Shown: positions 20,683 to 31,447, counted from the stretch's first letter. The stretch is DNA of 64,000 nucleotides from Candidatus Borrarchaeum weybense (GCA_019057385.1 JAHQJS010000004.1:1169068-1233067), one strand, 5' to 3'. The notes: generated by a model not told the origin, from the sequence alone. Numbers and translations are program-made.

Positions 20683-21063
20683 TTGAGAAATGATGATTTT
20701 TACAGGAGGACGAATATTATCAGAAATGAAGAAGAGTTATGGAAAAAATACGAAGAGCAGCTGAAGTTATTAAAAAGTGATGATCAACCGAATCCCTTTG
20801 AGAGTATGTCGACGTTTCAATTAAGAAGAATAAGTATTTCGCTTCTTGAGTGGACGTTAGGCCTTAAAAGCGAAAAACCCACCGAAGAAGAAATCCACGC
20901 CGAATATATTAAACAAATAAAAAATCGCCCAAGACCACAAAAAGGCATTATGCGAGGTCTCCCTGCTCAGAAACGGAATGTAACGACCGCTTGGCTTGGA
21001 TGGATTCTTGGCATACCGGACAACGAAATAATGAAGCATCAAAAGCAGCATGAGGTTAAGTGA
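20683..21063 (+). CDS. Hypothetical small helical protein (paralog of 9072..9410)
   Basis: Aligns with the paralog from IRNEEELWKKYEEQ; SD GGAGG favours a start near 20716-20719. Confidence 0.75.
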   Translation: MRNDDFYRRTNIIRNEEELWKKYEEQLKLLKSDDQPNPFESMSTFQLRRISISLLEWTLGLKSEKPTEEEIHAEYIKQIKNRPRPQKGIMRGLPAQKRNVTTAWLGWILGIPDNEIMKHQKQHEVK

Positions 21064-21152
21064 GCATCATTAGTGTTTAGTATTTCCATAACAGTTCACA
21101 TTCGATAATCGTGAATAACTTTCTTATGAATTGAATGTACGGAGGCAAGAAA

Positions 21153-22061
21153 ATGTCTGCATTGGAAACAGTTGATCTAAGAACCGTTATAGATCCAATA
21201 TTTGAAAAAGTAGTAGGAAGAAGGAAAGAAGTAGTGCTTATTCTCTCGGCATTAAAAGCGGGAAAGCCCATTCTTCTTGAAGGACCCCCAGGAGTTAGCA
21301 AAACAACAATTTTACGAACTTTGAGTGGTATTTTAGGAGTACCATTTCATTTTGTTGAAGGTAATGAGGATCTAACAGCCTCGAAATTAATTGGCTATTT
21401 TGACCCTGCAGCTGTATTACAGACTGGATATCGCCCAGAGAATTTCAGAGAAGGGGCTCTTACGTTAGCAATGCGAGATGGAGGTATACTTTATATTGAA
21501 GAAATAAATAGAGCACCCCCAGACGCGCTAAACAGTCTAGTTGTAGCGCTTTCTGAAAAAGAAATTCATGTTCCACGTTTTGGGGAAATCTCTGCGAGCC
21601 CAGGATTCCGAGTTGTTGCTGCGATGAATCCTTATGATGATATTGGTGTTCAAAGAATTAGCAGAGCTATTCTTGATCGATTCACAAAATTAAAGCTGGA
21701 TTACCAGAGTAAAGAAGAAGAAATGGAAATAGTGCGTGTAAACACCAAGGACAACAGTGAAAAACTAATGGAGTTAGGTGTAGAAATAGGACGCCGCAGT
21801 CGAGATAACCCTGACTTACGCTTGGGAGCAAGTGTCAGAGGAGCTATTGATTTTGTAAACGTGGTAATGGAAAGACAAGTGTTTGATCCTTCACTTACAA
21901 AGGAAGATCTTATCGAATGCGCTTCCTTGACGTACAGCTCAAAGATCTGGCTCTCAGCAACGACAGAAAAAACCGAAGAAGATGTAATTAGGGATATCGT
22001 TAATGCAGTCTTCAATGAGATGGAACCAGAAACACTTGAAGAGATAAATAAAAACTCGTAG
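21153..22061 (+). CDS. MoxR-family AAA+ ATPase
   Basis: LLEGPPGVSKT, IEEINR, AAMNP, DRF, GASVRG. Confidence 0.9.
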   Translation: MSALETVDLRTVIDPIFEKVVGRRKEVVLILSALKAGKPILLEGPPGVSKTTILRTLSGILGVPFHFVEGNEDLTASKLIGYFDPAAVLQTGYRPENFREGALTLAMRDGGILYIEEINRAPPDALNSLVVALSEKEIHVPRFGEISASPGFRVVAAMNPYDDIGVQRISRAILDRFTKLKLDYQSKEEEMEIVRVNTKDNSEKLMELGVEIGRRSRDNPDLRLGASVRGAIDFVNVVMERQVFDPSLTKEDLIECASLTYSSKIWLSATTEKTEEDVIRDIVNAVFNEMEPETLEEINKNS

Positions 22062-22333
22062 TAGGGCGACTCGCGATCCATAGACCGCTCCTGTTTAATA
22101 ACTGATCTTTTTTCCATCTCTATTTAATATCTTTTTTCATTTTTTAACAGTTTATTTTACTGTTTTTCTAAGGGTAATTGCGCGCCTAATGAGCTACAAT
22201 TACACCCCCAATCCAACAACCTATTTTTGTATTCCATAAGTTTTTATCTATGAAATAATAGAGTATAGGAATAATTTCTTATAAAAATATTCCAATACAA
22301 AAATAGAAAAAAAAAAATTCGTAGGTGTTAAGT

Positions 22334-24322
22334 ATGCCACAGATTTTTGATCCAATAAGCTTTGGTCGTATGAAATTAGAGAACCGTTACATTGCTGCGC
22401 CAATGCTGACTGATACGTTAGATGAAGATGGATCTATGACTGAACGCTATTTAGAAACCATGAAGTATACTGCAAAAGGGGGATGGGGGCTTGTCCTATG
22501 CCAAGCAACGCAGGTCCATCCAAGTGGACAAGTTGTTCGTAATGAATTAGCCGCTTATGACGATAAGTTTACACCTGGACTATACGAAGTTGCGGAAACT
22601 ATCAAACGAGAGGGCCCTCATGCAGGAATCCAACTCTTCCATGGTGGAGCTCTTTGTCATCCATTAGTGATTCGAAAAACAGTAGATGCACCGAGTCCGG
22701 AGTTTCCTCCTGAAACACCAGTTGCACCGAGTCCGATAAAATCTTTTCTTAACCCTGCCGTAACATGTAAAGAGTTGACGCACGAAGAAATACTGGAATT
22801 AGTTGAATGCTATGGGGCGGCAGCTGGAAGAGCTAAGGAAGCGGGATTCGAATGCATCGAAATACATGCCTGCCATGGGTCACTTCCACACCAATTTCGA
22901 ACGCCACGAAACAATCTAAGAGACGATGAATGGGGACAGGATAAGCACCTTTTCATTAAAAAAATTGCAGAGTCTGTGAGAAAAAACGTGGGGCCAGATT
23001 TTCCGTGGTGGTTTAGGATCAGTGCGGATGATCATGCCGCGCCAGGTACGCCCGGATTTACATTAGAGGACACGGCAACAAAACTCGTACCCGTCTTAGA
23101 AAAGGCTGGTGTAGCTGCTATTCATTCTTCAAGTGGGGCAGTAGATGCTTCAGGTGTCTGGGTGATTCAACCGCTTTATTGGGAGCAAGGATGTCTTGTA
23201 CCAGAAGCTAAACGCCTAAAAGAGGTGGCGACCGTACCTGTTGGTACTGTAGGCAAGATTATGGCTCCTGAGATGGCTGCCAGAATCATTGAGGAGGAGA
23301 GTGCAGATTGGGTTGCCCTCGGCAGACCAGCTTGGGCAGATCCCTGGTATCCAAAAAAACATTTTGAGGGACGACCAGAGGATGTTCGCCGGTGCATTTC
23401 TTGTGACTGGTGTACATATCTCTACATTCTCGCAAATGTGCCAGCTAGATGTGCTGTAAATTACTCCTTTGGACGGGAAACTCGATATCCGCCAGATGAG
23501 TATCTACAACCCGCTGAAACTCCTAAGGATGTCCTCGTTATCGGAGGAGGAGTTGCAGGAATGGAGGCGGCGAGAGTAGCTGCGCTTCGAGAGCACAACG
23601 TCACATTATATGAAAAGGACAATGAACTTGGCGGAATTATGCGCTATGCGTCCGATATCCCTTATCTCTACACTGGCGATTTAATGCAAATAGCTACATG
23701 GCAAATGACCCAATTGGAGAAACTTGGGGTCGAGGTAAAGTTAGGCGAAGCAGTAACCGTAGATCTCGTGGATAGAATAAACCCAGACGTCGTCGTAGTC
23801 GCCACTGGTGGAGTTTCTCCCAAACCGACAAGAATCCCAGGAATTGAACGCGCTATAACTTTTGACGAGTACTTGATGAAACGTCCCGAACTAGGTAAAG
23901 ATGTAGTAGTTTTAGGAGGATACGAAGGAGCAGAAGCATCGGTTTCTATCGCCCGACAAGATAAGAACGTGACCATGGTAAGTGAATCTGGTAGTATAAC
24001 AGAGGCTGCTTACTTCTTTAATCTTCTTAGAGTTGTGCCATTGACGCTGTTTTTTATGCCGGATGCAAATGTAAAATCTATCACTAATGCGACAATAAAA
24101 GAAATAACTGCTGATAGTGTTCGTATTGAGGTCGAAGGGGCAGAAAAAGTTCTTAAAGCTGATAATGTTGTTACATGCTTCCCAAGAGAACCCGTGGGAA
24201 TGGCTCTTTACAATTCACTAAAGGGTAAAGTCCCAGAACTCTACAAAGCCGGTGATTGTGTAAAAGCAGGAGCAACGTGGAACGCAATTGATGATGGAAA
24301 CTGGATAGCCCGTAAGATTTAG
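22334..24322 (+). CDS. NADH:flavin oxidoreductase, old-yellow-enzyme family with Fe-S and FAD domains (2,4-dienoyl-CoA reductase-like)
   Basis: IQLFHGG, EIHACHG, CISCDWC...C, IGGGVAGMEAA, VVVATGG, GDC. Confidence 0.9.
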   Translation: MPQIFDPISFGRMKLENRYIAAPMLTDTLDEDGSMTERYLETMKYTAKGGWGLVLCQATQVHPSGQVVRNELAAYDDKFTPGLYEVAETIKREGPHAGIQLFHGGALCHPLVIRKTVDAPSPEFPPETPVAPSPIKSFLNPAVTCKELTHEEILELVECYGAAAGRAKEAGFECIEIHACHGSLPHQFRTPRNNLRDDEWGQDKHLFIKKIAESVRKNVGPDFPWWFRISADDHAAPGTPGFTLEDTATKLVPVLEKAGVAAIHSSSGAVDASGVWVIQPLYWEQGCLVPEAKRLKEVATVPVGTVGKIMAPEMAARIIEEESADWVALGRPAWADPWYPKKHFEGRPEDVRRCISCDWCTYLYILANVPARCAVNYSFGRETRYPPDEYLQPAETPKDVLVIGGGVAGMEAARVAALREHNVTLYEKDNELGGIMRYASDIPYLYTGDLMQIATWQMTQLEKLGVEVKLGEAVTVDLVDRINPDVVVVATGGVSPKPTRIPGIERAITFDEYLMKRPELGKDVVVLGGYEGAEASVSIARQDKNVTMVSESGSITEAAYFFNLLRVVPLTLFFMPDANVKSITNATIKEITADSVRIEVEGAEKVLKADNVVTCFPREPVGMALYNSLKGKVPELYKAGDCVKAGATWNAIDDGNWIARKI

Positions 24323-24489
24323 CCTTCACTTCTCCTATTTTCTTTTTTTATTCATTCTCTGTTGTTTTGGAATGCTAGAAACGAAATCTATATAAAGCTT
24401 CAAAAATGCCCAGATACTTAATTAGTTCTCGATTGAGACTCGCCTCCTGTTTAGTTAATGATTTCAAATATTTTGGCGAGGAAAGGCCA

Positions 24490-25698
24490 GTGATATTCGC
24501 AAAAAGTGAGATAGACTCATCTTTTATTGACCAAATTTCATCGCTTAGCGGGCAAAATATTAGATTGTGCTCTCAATGCTCTCAATGTACTAGCAGTTGC
24601 CCAATTTCTTATGTTGACTCTTTTAACATTAGAAAATTGATAAGAGAGTTACAATTTGGTTTAAAAGAGAAAATCCTGCCTGGTGATGACATTTGGAAGT
24701 GTACTATGTGTTACGAGTGTTATGATCGCTGCCCAAATAACGTCAACATACCTAAAGTTATTGCAACGCTGAGAAAGTTGGCAATAGATGAAGGCTTAGG
24801 ACCTAAAGCAGTGTTAGATGCAGAAAAAAACATCCTAGAATCGGCGAATGTCTTTAACCTAGACGAAGAAACGAGAGAGTTAGCATTAGAGGACATAAAG
24901 GACAGACTTGCTGCAAAAAGAATATCTTTTCCTACAAAACCTAAAGCCAAAGTTGTATACTTTCCAGGATGCCTCTCTCTATATTTAAATAGAGCCCAAG
25001 AAATCGCCTGTTCAATCATTGCGATTCTCAATAAAGTTAAGGAAAATTGGACGTTTCTAGAAGAACTAAAATGCTGTGGACAGCCTCTTATCCTCACTGG
25101 CGCAGCTTCTGAAGATGATCTTAAGAAAATCGCTGAATGGAATGTGGACCAGATTGAAAAAAGTGGAGCGAAACGTTTGGTAACAGGTTGCCCTAGTTGT
25201 TTTCAAGCCTTTAAAGAAGAGTACCCTAAGATTCTAGGAAGAGAGCCAAATTTTGAAGTTGTTCACTTTATTCAACTTTTGAACGAGTACATTAATAAAA
25301 GACGCCTTCAGCGTCCTAGAAAACTGATCGAGCGAGTTACATATCATGATCCATGCGAACTCGGACGCGTTTGTGGAATATTTGATGAGCCCAGAGAACT
25401 CTTACTGAGAAAAAAACTCGTAAGTAGATTTGTTGAGAGTAAAGAGAGTTTAAGGAATAGCCGATGTTGTGGTGCAGGTGGTTTCTTAAAAAGTACGCAT
25501 GAAAAATTGTCTAATGATTTGGCTAATGAGCGAATTAAGACTCTCATAAAAACTAAAACTGGACAGCATGTCCCAGTTTGTATCACAGCCTGTCCAAGTT
25601 GCAAGTTAAATCTTATAGATGCTGCTCAACGAAATAATGACGAAATAAAAATAATGGACATAGCTGAACTGGTTGCGCAGCAATTAAGATTACTGTAA
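24490..25698 (+). CDS. HdrD-like Fe-S oxidoreductase (HdrC-like 2x[4Fe-4S] plus two CCG domains)
   Basis: CSQCSQCTSSCP, CTMCYECYDRCP, YFPGC, CCG, YHDPCELGR, CCGAGG, ACPSC; frame is open from 24406. Confidence 0.88.
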   Translation: MIFAKSEIDSSFIDQISSLSGQNIRLCSQCSQCTSSCPISYVDSFNIRKLIRELQFGLKEKILPGDDIWKCTMCYECYDRCPNNVNIPKVIATLRKLAIDEGLGPKAVLDAEKNILESANVFNLDEETRELALEDIKDRLAAKRISFPTKPKAKVVYFPGCLSLYLNRAQEIACSIIAILNKVKENWTFLEELKCCGQPLILTGAASEDDLKKIAEWNVDQIEKSGAKRLVTGCPSCFQAFKEEYPKILGREPNFEVVHFIQLLNEYINKRRLQRPRKLIERVTYHDPCELGRVCGIFDEPRELLLRKKLVSRFVESKESLRNSRCCGAGGFLKSTHEKLSNDLANERIKTLIKTKTGQHVPVCITACPSCKLNLIDAAQRNNDEIKIMDIAELVAQQLRLL

Positions 25699-25788
25699 AC
25701 TCACCTCGCGTATAGAATGTTAGATCGCACCTAAGTTAGAGACTTTCTACGAATGATTTCACCTTTTCTTCATAAGTGCAAGATTTAA

Positions 25789-26105
25789 CTTCTTCTGAAA
25801 GTCACTAAGTGTGCGTGGAAAACAGCGTACAACGATCTCAGCGATTGGCTCTTAATTTGGCATGATATTGTTACTAAGACCATAAATCCAAAGGCAACCG
25901 TTGAACGCCCTAAAGGAATGTGTGCAGAGGATCCATATTGCGAATATGTTTGGAGAATAGAAGAGTGAACCTAGTACTTTAACGCGGTCTCTAAAGCTGT
26001 CGTGCATAGGAGTGAACATAAATGGGGGAATTATTGGAGAAAATACCGATTGAAACGTGTTGGGCAATAACTGCTAAAATTCTCTGGATATTCATATTTT
26101 TCTAA
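25789..26105 (+). pseudogene. Two remnants of V4R/ATC-hydrolase-like small genes
   Basis: Start-less C-terminal piece 25789-25968 (KVTKCAWK...INPKATVERPKGMCAEDPYCEYVWRIEE*), then an SD-led 27-codon piece 26022-26105 (MGELLEKIPIETCWAITAK...). Confidence 0.5.
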
Positions 26106-26166
26106 ATTCTTCTTTTCTCACTGTAAGATCTGTTATAAAAAATGGAAAAAAACAAAGAGATTTAAG

Positions 26167-26472
26167 CTAAAAGATTTCATCGCCACTTTTGCCTTCAAGT
26201 TTTGGATGATTATCAAATCGTATTGCGCCTACTGGGATTTTTCCTTCCACTGCTTCAACTATTTTTACAACACCTTTGTGACCAAATCCCCCACATAATT
26301 CAAATGCTTCAATTCCTTCTTCTTCAACCAATTTCTTTGCAACTTCAACTGCTTCTTCATAGTTTTTTGCAGATACTATATACGCTTCTACTGATGGTGT
26401 TGAGACGATTGCTTTGTGTTTTTCAGGATCCCCATCTGGAGACAGGAAAATAAATGCAAATTTAAAAGCCAA
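26167..26472 (-). CDS. DUF6506-family protein
   Basis: AFIFL, GIEAFELCGGFG, IPVG motifs. Confidence 0.75.
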   Translation of the reverse strand: MAFKFAFIFLSPDGDPEKHKAIVSTPSVEAYIVSAKNYEEAVEVAKKLVEEEGIEAFELCGGFGHKGVVKIVEAVEGKIPVGAIRFDNHPKLEGKSGDEIF

Positions 26473-26578
26473 AAATATCCCTCCACACTTAGTATATTCT
26501 ATTTATATTCCTAGATTCTTCATAAAAGTTTTCTCAAAAATTTGTTAAATTCTAATGGGCAGATCAAAATATACATTT

Positions 26579-29500
26579 TCAAGCGACTTCCCCTATTTTT
26601 TCGTGGTTCTTTTTGTGAACTTTTTCTTTGATAGTTTCAGTAAGTTCCTTAACCAAGTTGGCAAACTTTTCTCCTTCACTTGCTGAGATCGATTCAAATC
26701 GAAATCTTTTTTCATCAATTTCATTCTTTTTCATCCAGCGACGGAAGCGTTTAATAGCAGAGTTAGTTCCAGAGATATAGTGACAGTCCTGAGGGTGACA
26801 ACCTATAACTGCTACTGCCCCAGCTCCTAGTTTAAAGGCCTCAGAAACAAAATCGACATCAACTCGTCCACTACACATGACACGTATAATTCTTATATTA
26901 GATGGATACTGCATTCGTGAAATTCCTGCAAGATCTGCTCCTGCATAGGAACACCAATTACAACAAAAAGCAATAATTTTCTCCTCAGGTGACTCTTGCA
27001 AGGCAGTACGCACTTGTGTGAGGATTTGCTCGTCAGTGAAATGTCTCATGGTTATTGCATCATTTGGACAGTCAGCCGCACAAACTCCACACCCTTTACA
27101 CAATGCTTCCGTAACTACTGCTTTTGATTCATTCTCTTGCACCTCTTTAAGTATGATGGCGCCATAAGGGCAGTTCTTAATGCAGATTTGACACCCTGTG
27201 CACTTCTCTTCATCAATGAAGGCTGTTATTCCTTCACTTACCACGAATCCTTTCGCCATGGGAATTGACGCCCTCATATCAGCCCCTAGTGCCTGAGCGA
27301 TCGTATCAGTTACTCCTTTTGGCGCTTGCGCACAGCCACAAAGATAAATACCATCGGTTGCAAAATCGAGCGGCCTTAGTTTCATATGCGCTTCTTGGAA
27401 GTATTTGCCTGCGCCTATTGGGATTTTCAACTTCTTTGCAAGGTCTTCTACCCCTTCACTTCCCTTAGTTGCCATTGTTAGTACAACTAGATCTGGTCGG
27501 AGTTCTATTTCATCACCAAGGTATGTGTCATACGTCCTTACTACTATGTCACCATTTTCAGTATAGAGTTGCGGTTTTCTTTCTTTTTCATATCTAACGA
27601 AGTTGATATCATAATTTTCTAATATATTTCGGTAATATTTCTCATCTTTGCCGCCCAGAACGATGTCTTGGTATAAAATGTAGATTTTTGTTCCTGGATA
27701 GATATCCTTAATGTATTTTGCATTCTTAATGGCAGTTGCACAACCGATTCTACAACAACCAGTTATGCCATTTTCTTCCCCTCTAGCTCCCACGCAATTG
27801 ATCATTACGATATTGTTCACTTTCTTTAAATCGTTATTTTTGAGCATATTTTCGAGTTGAAGTTGAGTTATCACATTTTCGTATTTTCCATACCCATAAT
27901 ATCCATCTGCATCTAGTTCTTTATGTCCAGTCGCAATAACGATCGTAGATACATTGAAATTTTTGCGTTGTGTACTTTGAGAGATAGTAACGACGTAGTT
28001 TCCGATATATCCCTCAATATCTTCGATCTCGCTTCCTGTATAAGCTTCAATATTCTTATGACTGCAAAGTTTAGAACTCCACTGCTTGAGCATTTCTTCA
28101 GCGGGGATATCATATGGAAATAATTTATACAATTTTTTGAGCATGCCGCCAAGTTCTTTTTCTCTCTCGACTAAATATACTTTAAAGCCCATGTCAGCTG
28201 CATTTAACGCTACAATAATTCCAGATATGCCTCCTCCTACTACTAGGCATTCTTTTCCAACAGAGAGTTTACTTTCCTTCTGAGGTTCAAGAAGACGTGC
28301 TTTAGCCACTGCCATAGCTACTAGATCTTTGGCTTTCTTTGTGGCTGCCTCAGGTTCATCTGTATGAACCCATGAGCATTGTTCTCTAATATTTGCAAAT
28401 TCAAAAAGGTAGGGATTCAATCCAACTTCTCGGAGAGTGTCTCTGAATAGATATTCATGCGTACGAGGAGTACATGCCGCTGCTACTACTCTGTTGAGAT
28501 GATATTCATTAATAACTTCCTTTATTGTTTCTGCATAGTCTGCAGAACAGAGAAATTGCCCTTCTTCAGCATGGATGACATTTGGAAGAGTTTTAGCATA
28601 CTCGACAATTTCCGACACATCGACTACAGCCCCAATATTCTTTCCACAATGACAAACGAATACACCTATCCTTGGTTTCTCTGTTAAATCAATCTCAATC
28701 TCTGGGGGCAACTCAAGCTCTTTGGTTTCTGTGCCTCTTACATCTTTTAAGGGAATTACAGCTTTGGCAGCAGCAGCACTCGCCTGCGCCACTGCGTCTG
28801 AGATGTCCATCGGTCCCTGACATGCGCCACAAAGATATATACCCTTTTTATTGGTTTCAAAAGGCCTTGAAGGGTCTGCCGCCTTAATGAATCCATCTTC
28901 ATCAAGTTCGATCCCCAGCATTTCTGCAAGTTTGGTATTTCCATCGTTTGGTATAATAGGAGGACATAGAATCAATAGATCTACTCGCAGAGTTTCAATA
29001 GTGTCCGTATCGATATTTTCATATCTAATCAATATATCTCCAGTTTCATGATCCTCTGAAACTTCTCCAGGTATACTTCGAATATATTTTACCTTATACC
29101 TTTCCTCCGCCCTTTTACGATATTCTTCATATCCTTTGCCATAGGATCTTCGATCAATGTAAAAGATGTAGGTTTCTGCGTCTGTTTCATGTTCTTTAGT
29201 GAGGATGGCTTCTTTTGCAGAATACATACAGCAAATTTTTGAACAGTATATTTTTCCTTTTCTTACATTCCTAGATAGAACGCATTGTATCCAGGCTACT
29301 TTCTTAATAGGTTTTTCATCTGAAAGTCTCACTAGATGGCCGCCTGTCGGACCTGATGCGCTAAGCAATCTTTCATATTGTAGGGACAAAATTACATTTT
29401 TGTAAATACCATAACCGTATTTTTCGATAGGTTCTAGAAGTTTGTAGCCTGTTGCCACTATTATACTTCCGACCCTAATCTCAATTATCTCTTCTTTTTG

Positions 29501-30052
29501 CCAGAAATCTACTGCATTGGGTCCTTCCTTTTCGCAGGCGGCAATGCAATCACGGCATCCCCCACCAAATTTCTTGCATGCCTCCATATCAACCGTGAAA
29601 ATATTTGGAACAGCTTGATCAAAAGGGCGATGTATTGCCTTTCGTTGTGCAATACCCATATCAAACTCGCTAGGAACTTTTACTATGCAAACTATTTCAC
29701 ATTCACCACAAGAGTTACATAAGTCCTCTTTCACATAACGTGGTTTCTTTAGTATTTTTACAATAAAATTTCCAGCGATCCCTTTCACTTCTTTGACTTC
29801 AGAATATGTCAGAAGTTCAATATTTGGATGCCTTAAGGCATCAAGCATCTTTGGAGCTTCGATACAGATACTACAATCATTTGTAGGAAAGGTTTTATCT
29901 AGCTGTGCCATATGTCCGCCAATGCTTGGTGTCCTCTCGACTAAATAGACCTTAAAGCCTTGATCAGCTATATCTAATGAAGCTTGAATACCAGTAATTC
30001 CCCCACCAATTACTAGAACTGCTCCAGATAATTCCTCAAGATTCTGCGCCAG
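26579..30052 (-). CDS. hdrA: Heterodisulfide reductase HdrA-like flavoprotein (two FAD modules) fused to an MvhD [2Fe-2S] domain; CTG start
   Basis: Frame extends 47 codons upstream of the called ATG through VLVIGGGITG to CTG at 30052 (SD GGAGG, in-frame TAG beyond); KTFPTNDC, VFVCHCG, NIREQCSWVH, C-terminal CNWCSYAGAD/MCSGRV/GCHPQDCHY. Confidence 0.92.
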   Translation of the reverse strand: MAQNLEELSGAVLVIGGGITGIQASLDIADQGFKVYLVERTPSIGGHMAQLDKTFPTNDCSICIEAPKMLDALRHPNIELLTYSEVKEVKGIAGNFIVKILKKPRYVKEDLCNSCGECEIVCIVKVPSEFDMGIAQRKAIHRPFDQAVPNIFTVDMEACKKFGGGCRDCIAACEKEGPNAVDFWQKEEIIEIRVGSIIVATGYKLLEPIEKYGYGIYKNVILSLQYERLLSASGPTGGHLVRLSDEKPIKKVAWIQCVLSRNVRKGKIYCSKICCMYSAKEAILTKEHETDAETYIFYIDRRSYGKGYEEYRKRAEERYKVKYIRSIPGEVSEDHETGDILIRYENIDTDTIETLRVDLLILCPPIIPNDGNTKLAEMLGIELDEDGFIKAADPSRPFETNKKGIYLCGACQGPMDISDAVAQASAAAAKAVIPLKDVRGTETKELELPPEIEIDLTEKPRIGVFVCHCGKNIGAVVDVSEIVEYAKTLPNVIHAEEGQFLCSADYAETIKEVINEYHLNRVVAAACTPRTHEYLFRDTLREVGLNPYLFEFANIREQCSWVHTDEPEAATKKAKDLVAMAVAKARLLEPQKESKLSVGKECLVVGGGISGIIVALNAADMGFKVYLVEREKELGGMLKKLYKLFPYDIPAEEMLKQWSSKLCSHKNIEAYTGSEIEDIEGYIGNYVVTISQSTQRKNFNVSTIVIATGHKELDADGYYGYGKYENVITQLQLENMLKNNDLKKVNNIVMINCVGARGEENGITGCCRIGCATAIKNAKYIKDIYPGTKIYILYQDIVLGGKDEKYYRNILENYDINFVRYEKERKPQLYTENGDIVVRTYDTYLGDEIELRPDLVVLTMATKGSEGVEDLAKKLKIPIGAGKYFQEAHMKLRPLDFATDGIYLCGCAQAPKGVTDTIAQALGADMRASIPMAKGFVVSEGITAFIDEEKCTGCQICIKNCPYGAIILKEVQENESKAVVTEALCKGCGVCAADCPNDAITMRHFTDEQILTQVRTALQESPEEKIIAFCCNWCSYAGADLAGISRMQYPSNIRIIRVMCSGRVDVDFVSEAFKLGAGAVAVIGCHPQDCHYISGTNSAIKRFRRWMKKNEIDEKRFRFESISASEGEKFANLVKELTETIKEKVHKKNHEKIGEVA

Positions 30053-30219
30053 ATTTTTAGCCTCCTACCTTATCTTACTGGCGTGCTTTCTATGATAATG
30101 TCTTTGCTACTTATACAGATTTTTAATTGAGATTGTAAAAATATATCTATTTATGCAAAGCGTCCTTGTGAATTTTGCAAACGTGTTTTGCACTCTTCGC
30201 TTTAAAATTTAAGATAGTG

Positions 30220-31431
30220 TCAGAGTATTGGAGTGAATGTTTCTAAGGTGCGCTTTATAGAGCGTAAAAATTGTGCTGCAAGTGCACCGTCAACAACTCT
30301 GTGATCGAACGACAAGCTTAATTTAGTCATAGGTTTGATCACTATGCCTTCATCGACTACAATGGGTTTCTTGGCAATTCGTCCAACTCCTAAGAGAGCA
30401 GTTTGTTGTGGAGTTAAAATAGGTGTGAATTCATCAACGTCAAACATACCTAAATTAGAGATAGTAAATGTACCTCCTCTCACTTCCGAGATGGAAAGTT
30501 TATTTTGTCGTGCCTTCTCGACAAGATCCTCTATAATTGTATTCAACTCTTTCAATGATTTCATATCAGCATTAGGAATTACTGGAACAATGAGGCCACC
30601 GTCTCCGCGCGCTATTGCCAGTCCGACGTTTATATTGGGATTTATTCGAATTTCGTTTTCTTCTATAGTAGAATTGAAAATCTTGTAGGCTTGTAACGCA
30701 TCAGTTACAGCCTTGATAAGAATTGCATTATAAGACAACCTTAAGCGAGTTTTTTCTTCGAATTCTTTACGTAGTTTTACCATATTTGATGCATCTGCTT
30801 CCATCATCACTGTAACATGAGGGGCAGTTCGATAACTCTGAGTCATTCGTTCAGCAATGATTTTTCGAACTCCAGTTAACTGTATCCTCTCTTCCTCAGG
30901 AACAGCTGGCATAATTGTTCCCTGGTCTATTACTCTTAAAATATCTTCTTTTACAATCCGTCCCCCTGGTCCTGTCCCTTCAATCTGCGTTATATCGAGT
31001 TCGTGTTCTTTTGCAAGTCTTTTTGCAATTGGTGAGATTTTAATCCGTTCTGGCTTGACTTTTACTTCTTCTTCCTTTTTAATAACCCCTTTTTCTTCTC
31101 TTTCAGCTACTATGGGAACTTCAATCTTTAATTTTTCTTCGGCCTCTTTAACAGCTTTCTCTAATGCATCTGAAGAGTCTTCAACTTCCGAGATTATCGC
31201 TATCGTTTTTCCAATGGGAACTTCTTCGGCTTCCTTGACGAATATCTTATGGATGATCCCTGTGATTGGTGACTCGACTATAAATGAAACCTTTTCACTC
31301 ATAACTTCGACTATTTCTTCGCCTTGAGTGACAGTATCTCCCTGTGCTTTCAGCCATTCTACAACCATACCATTTTCTTGTTCTTCGTCCAAGCGAGGCA
31401 TAAAAAGAATCTTCGTAGAGATCACCCTCAT
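30220..31431 (-). CDS. 2-oxoacid/acetoin dehydrogenase E2, dihydrolipoamide acyltransferase
   Basis: Lipoyl domain (SEKVS), E3-binding ISPIAKRLA...GTGPGGRI, catalytic FDHRVVDG. Confidence 0.93.
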   Translation of the reverse strand: MRVISTKILFMPRLDEEQENGMVVEWLKAQGDTVTQGEEIVEVMSEKVSFIVESPITGIIHKIFVKEAEEVPIGKTIAIISEVEDSSDALEKAVKEAEEKLKIEVPIVAEREEKGVIKKEEEVKVKPERIKISPIAKRLAKEHELDITQIEGTGPGGRIVKEDILRVIDQGTIMPAVPEEERIQLTGVRKIIAERMTQSYRTAPHVTVMMEADASNMVKLRKEFEEKTRLRLSYNAILIKAVTDALQAYKIFNSTIEENEIRINPNINVGLAIARGDGGLIVPVIPNADMKSLKELNTIIEDLVEKARQNKLSISEVRGGTFTISNLGMFDVDEFTPILTPQQTALLGVGRIAKKPIVVDEGIVIKPMTKLSLSFDHRVVDGALAAQFLRSIKRTLETFTPIL

Positions 31432-31447
31432 TAGTTTATTTTTAAAT

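Noticed and set aside
22040-22110. -1 frameshift at T-AAA-AAC fusing MoxR to a VWA domain
   Set aside because: The -1 frame closes after about 16 codons and no VWA sequence follows
26579-30052. Selenocysteine in HdrA/MvhD, which are selenoproteins in some archaea
   Set aside because: Frame is open with Cys at the candidate positions; no in-frame TGA
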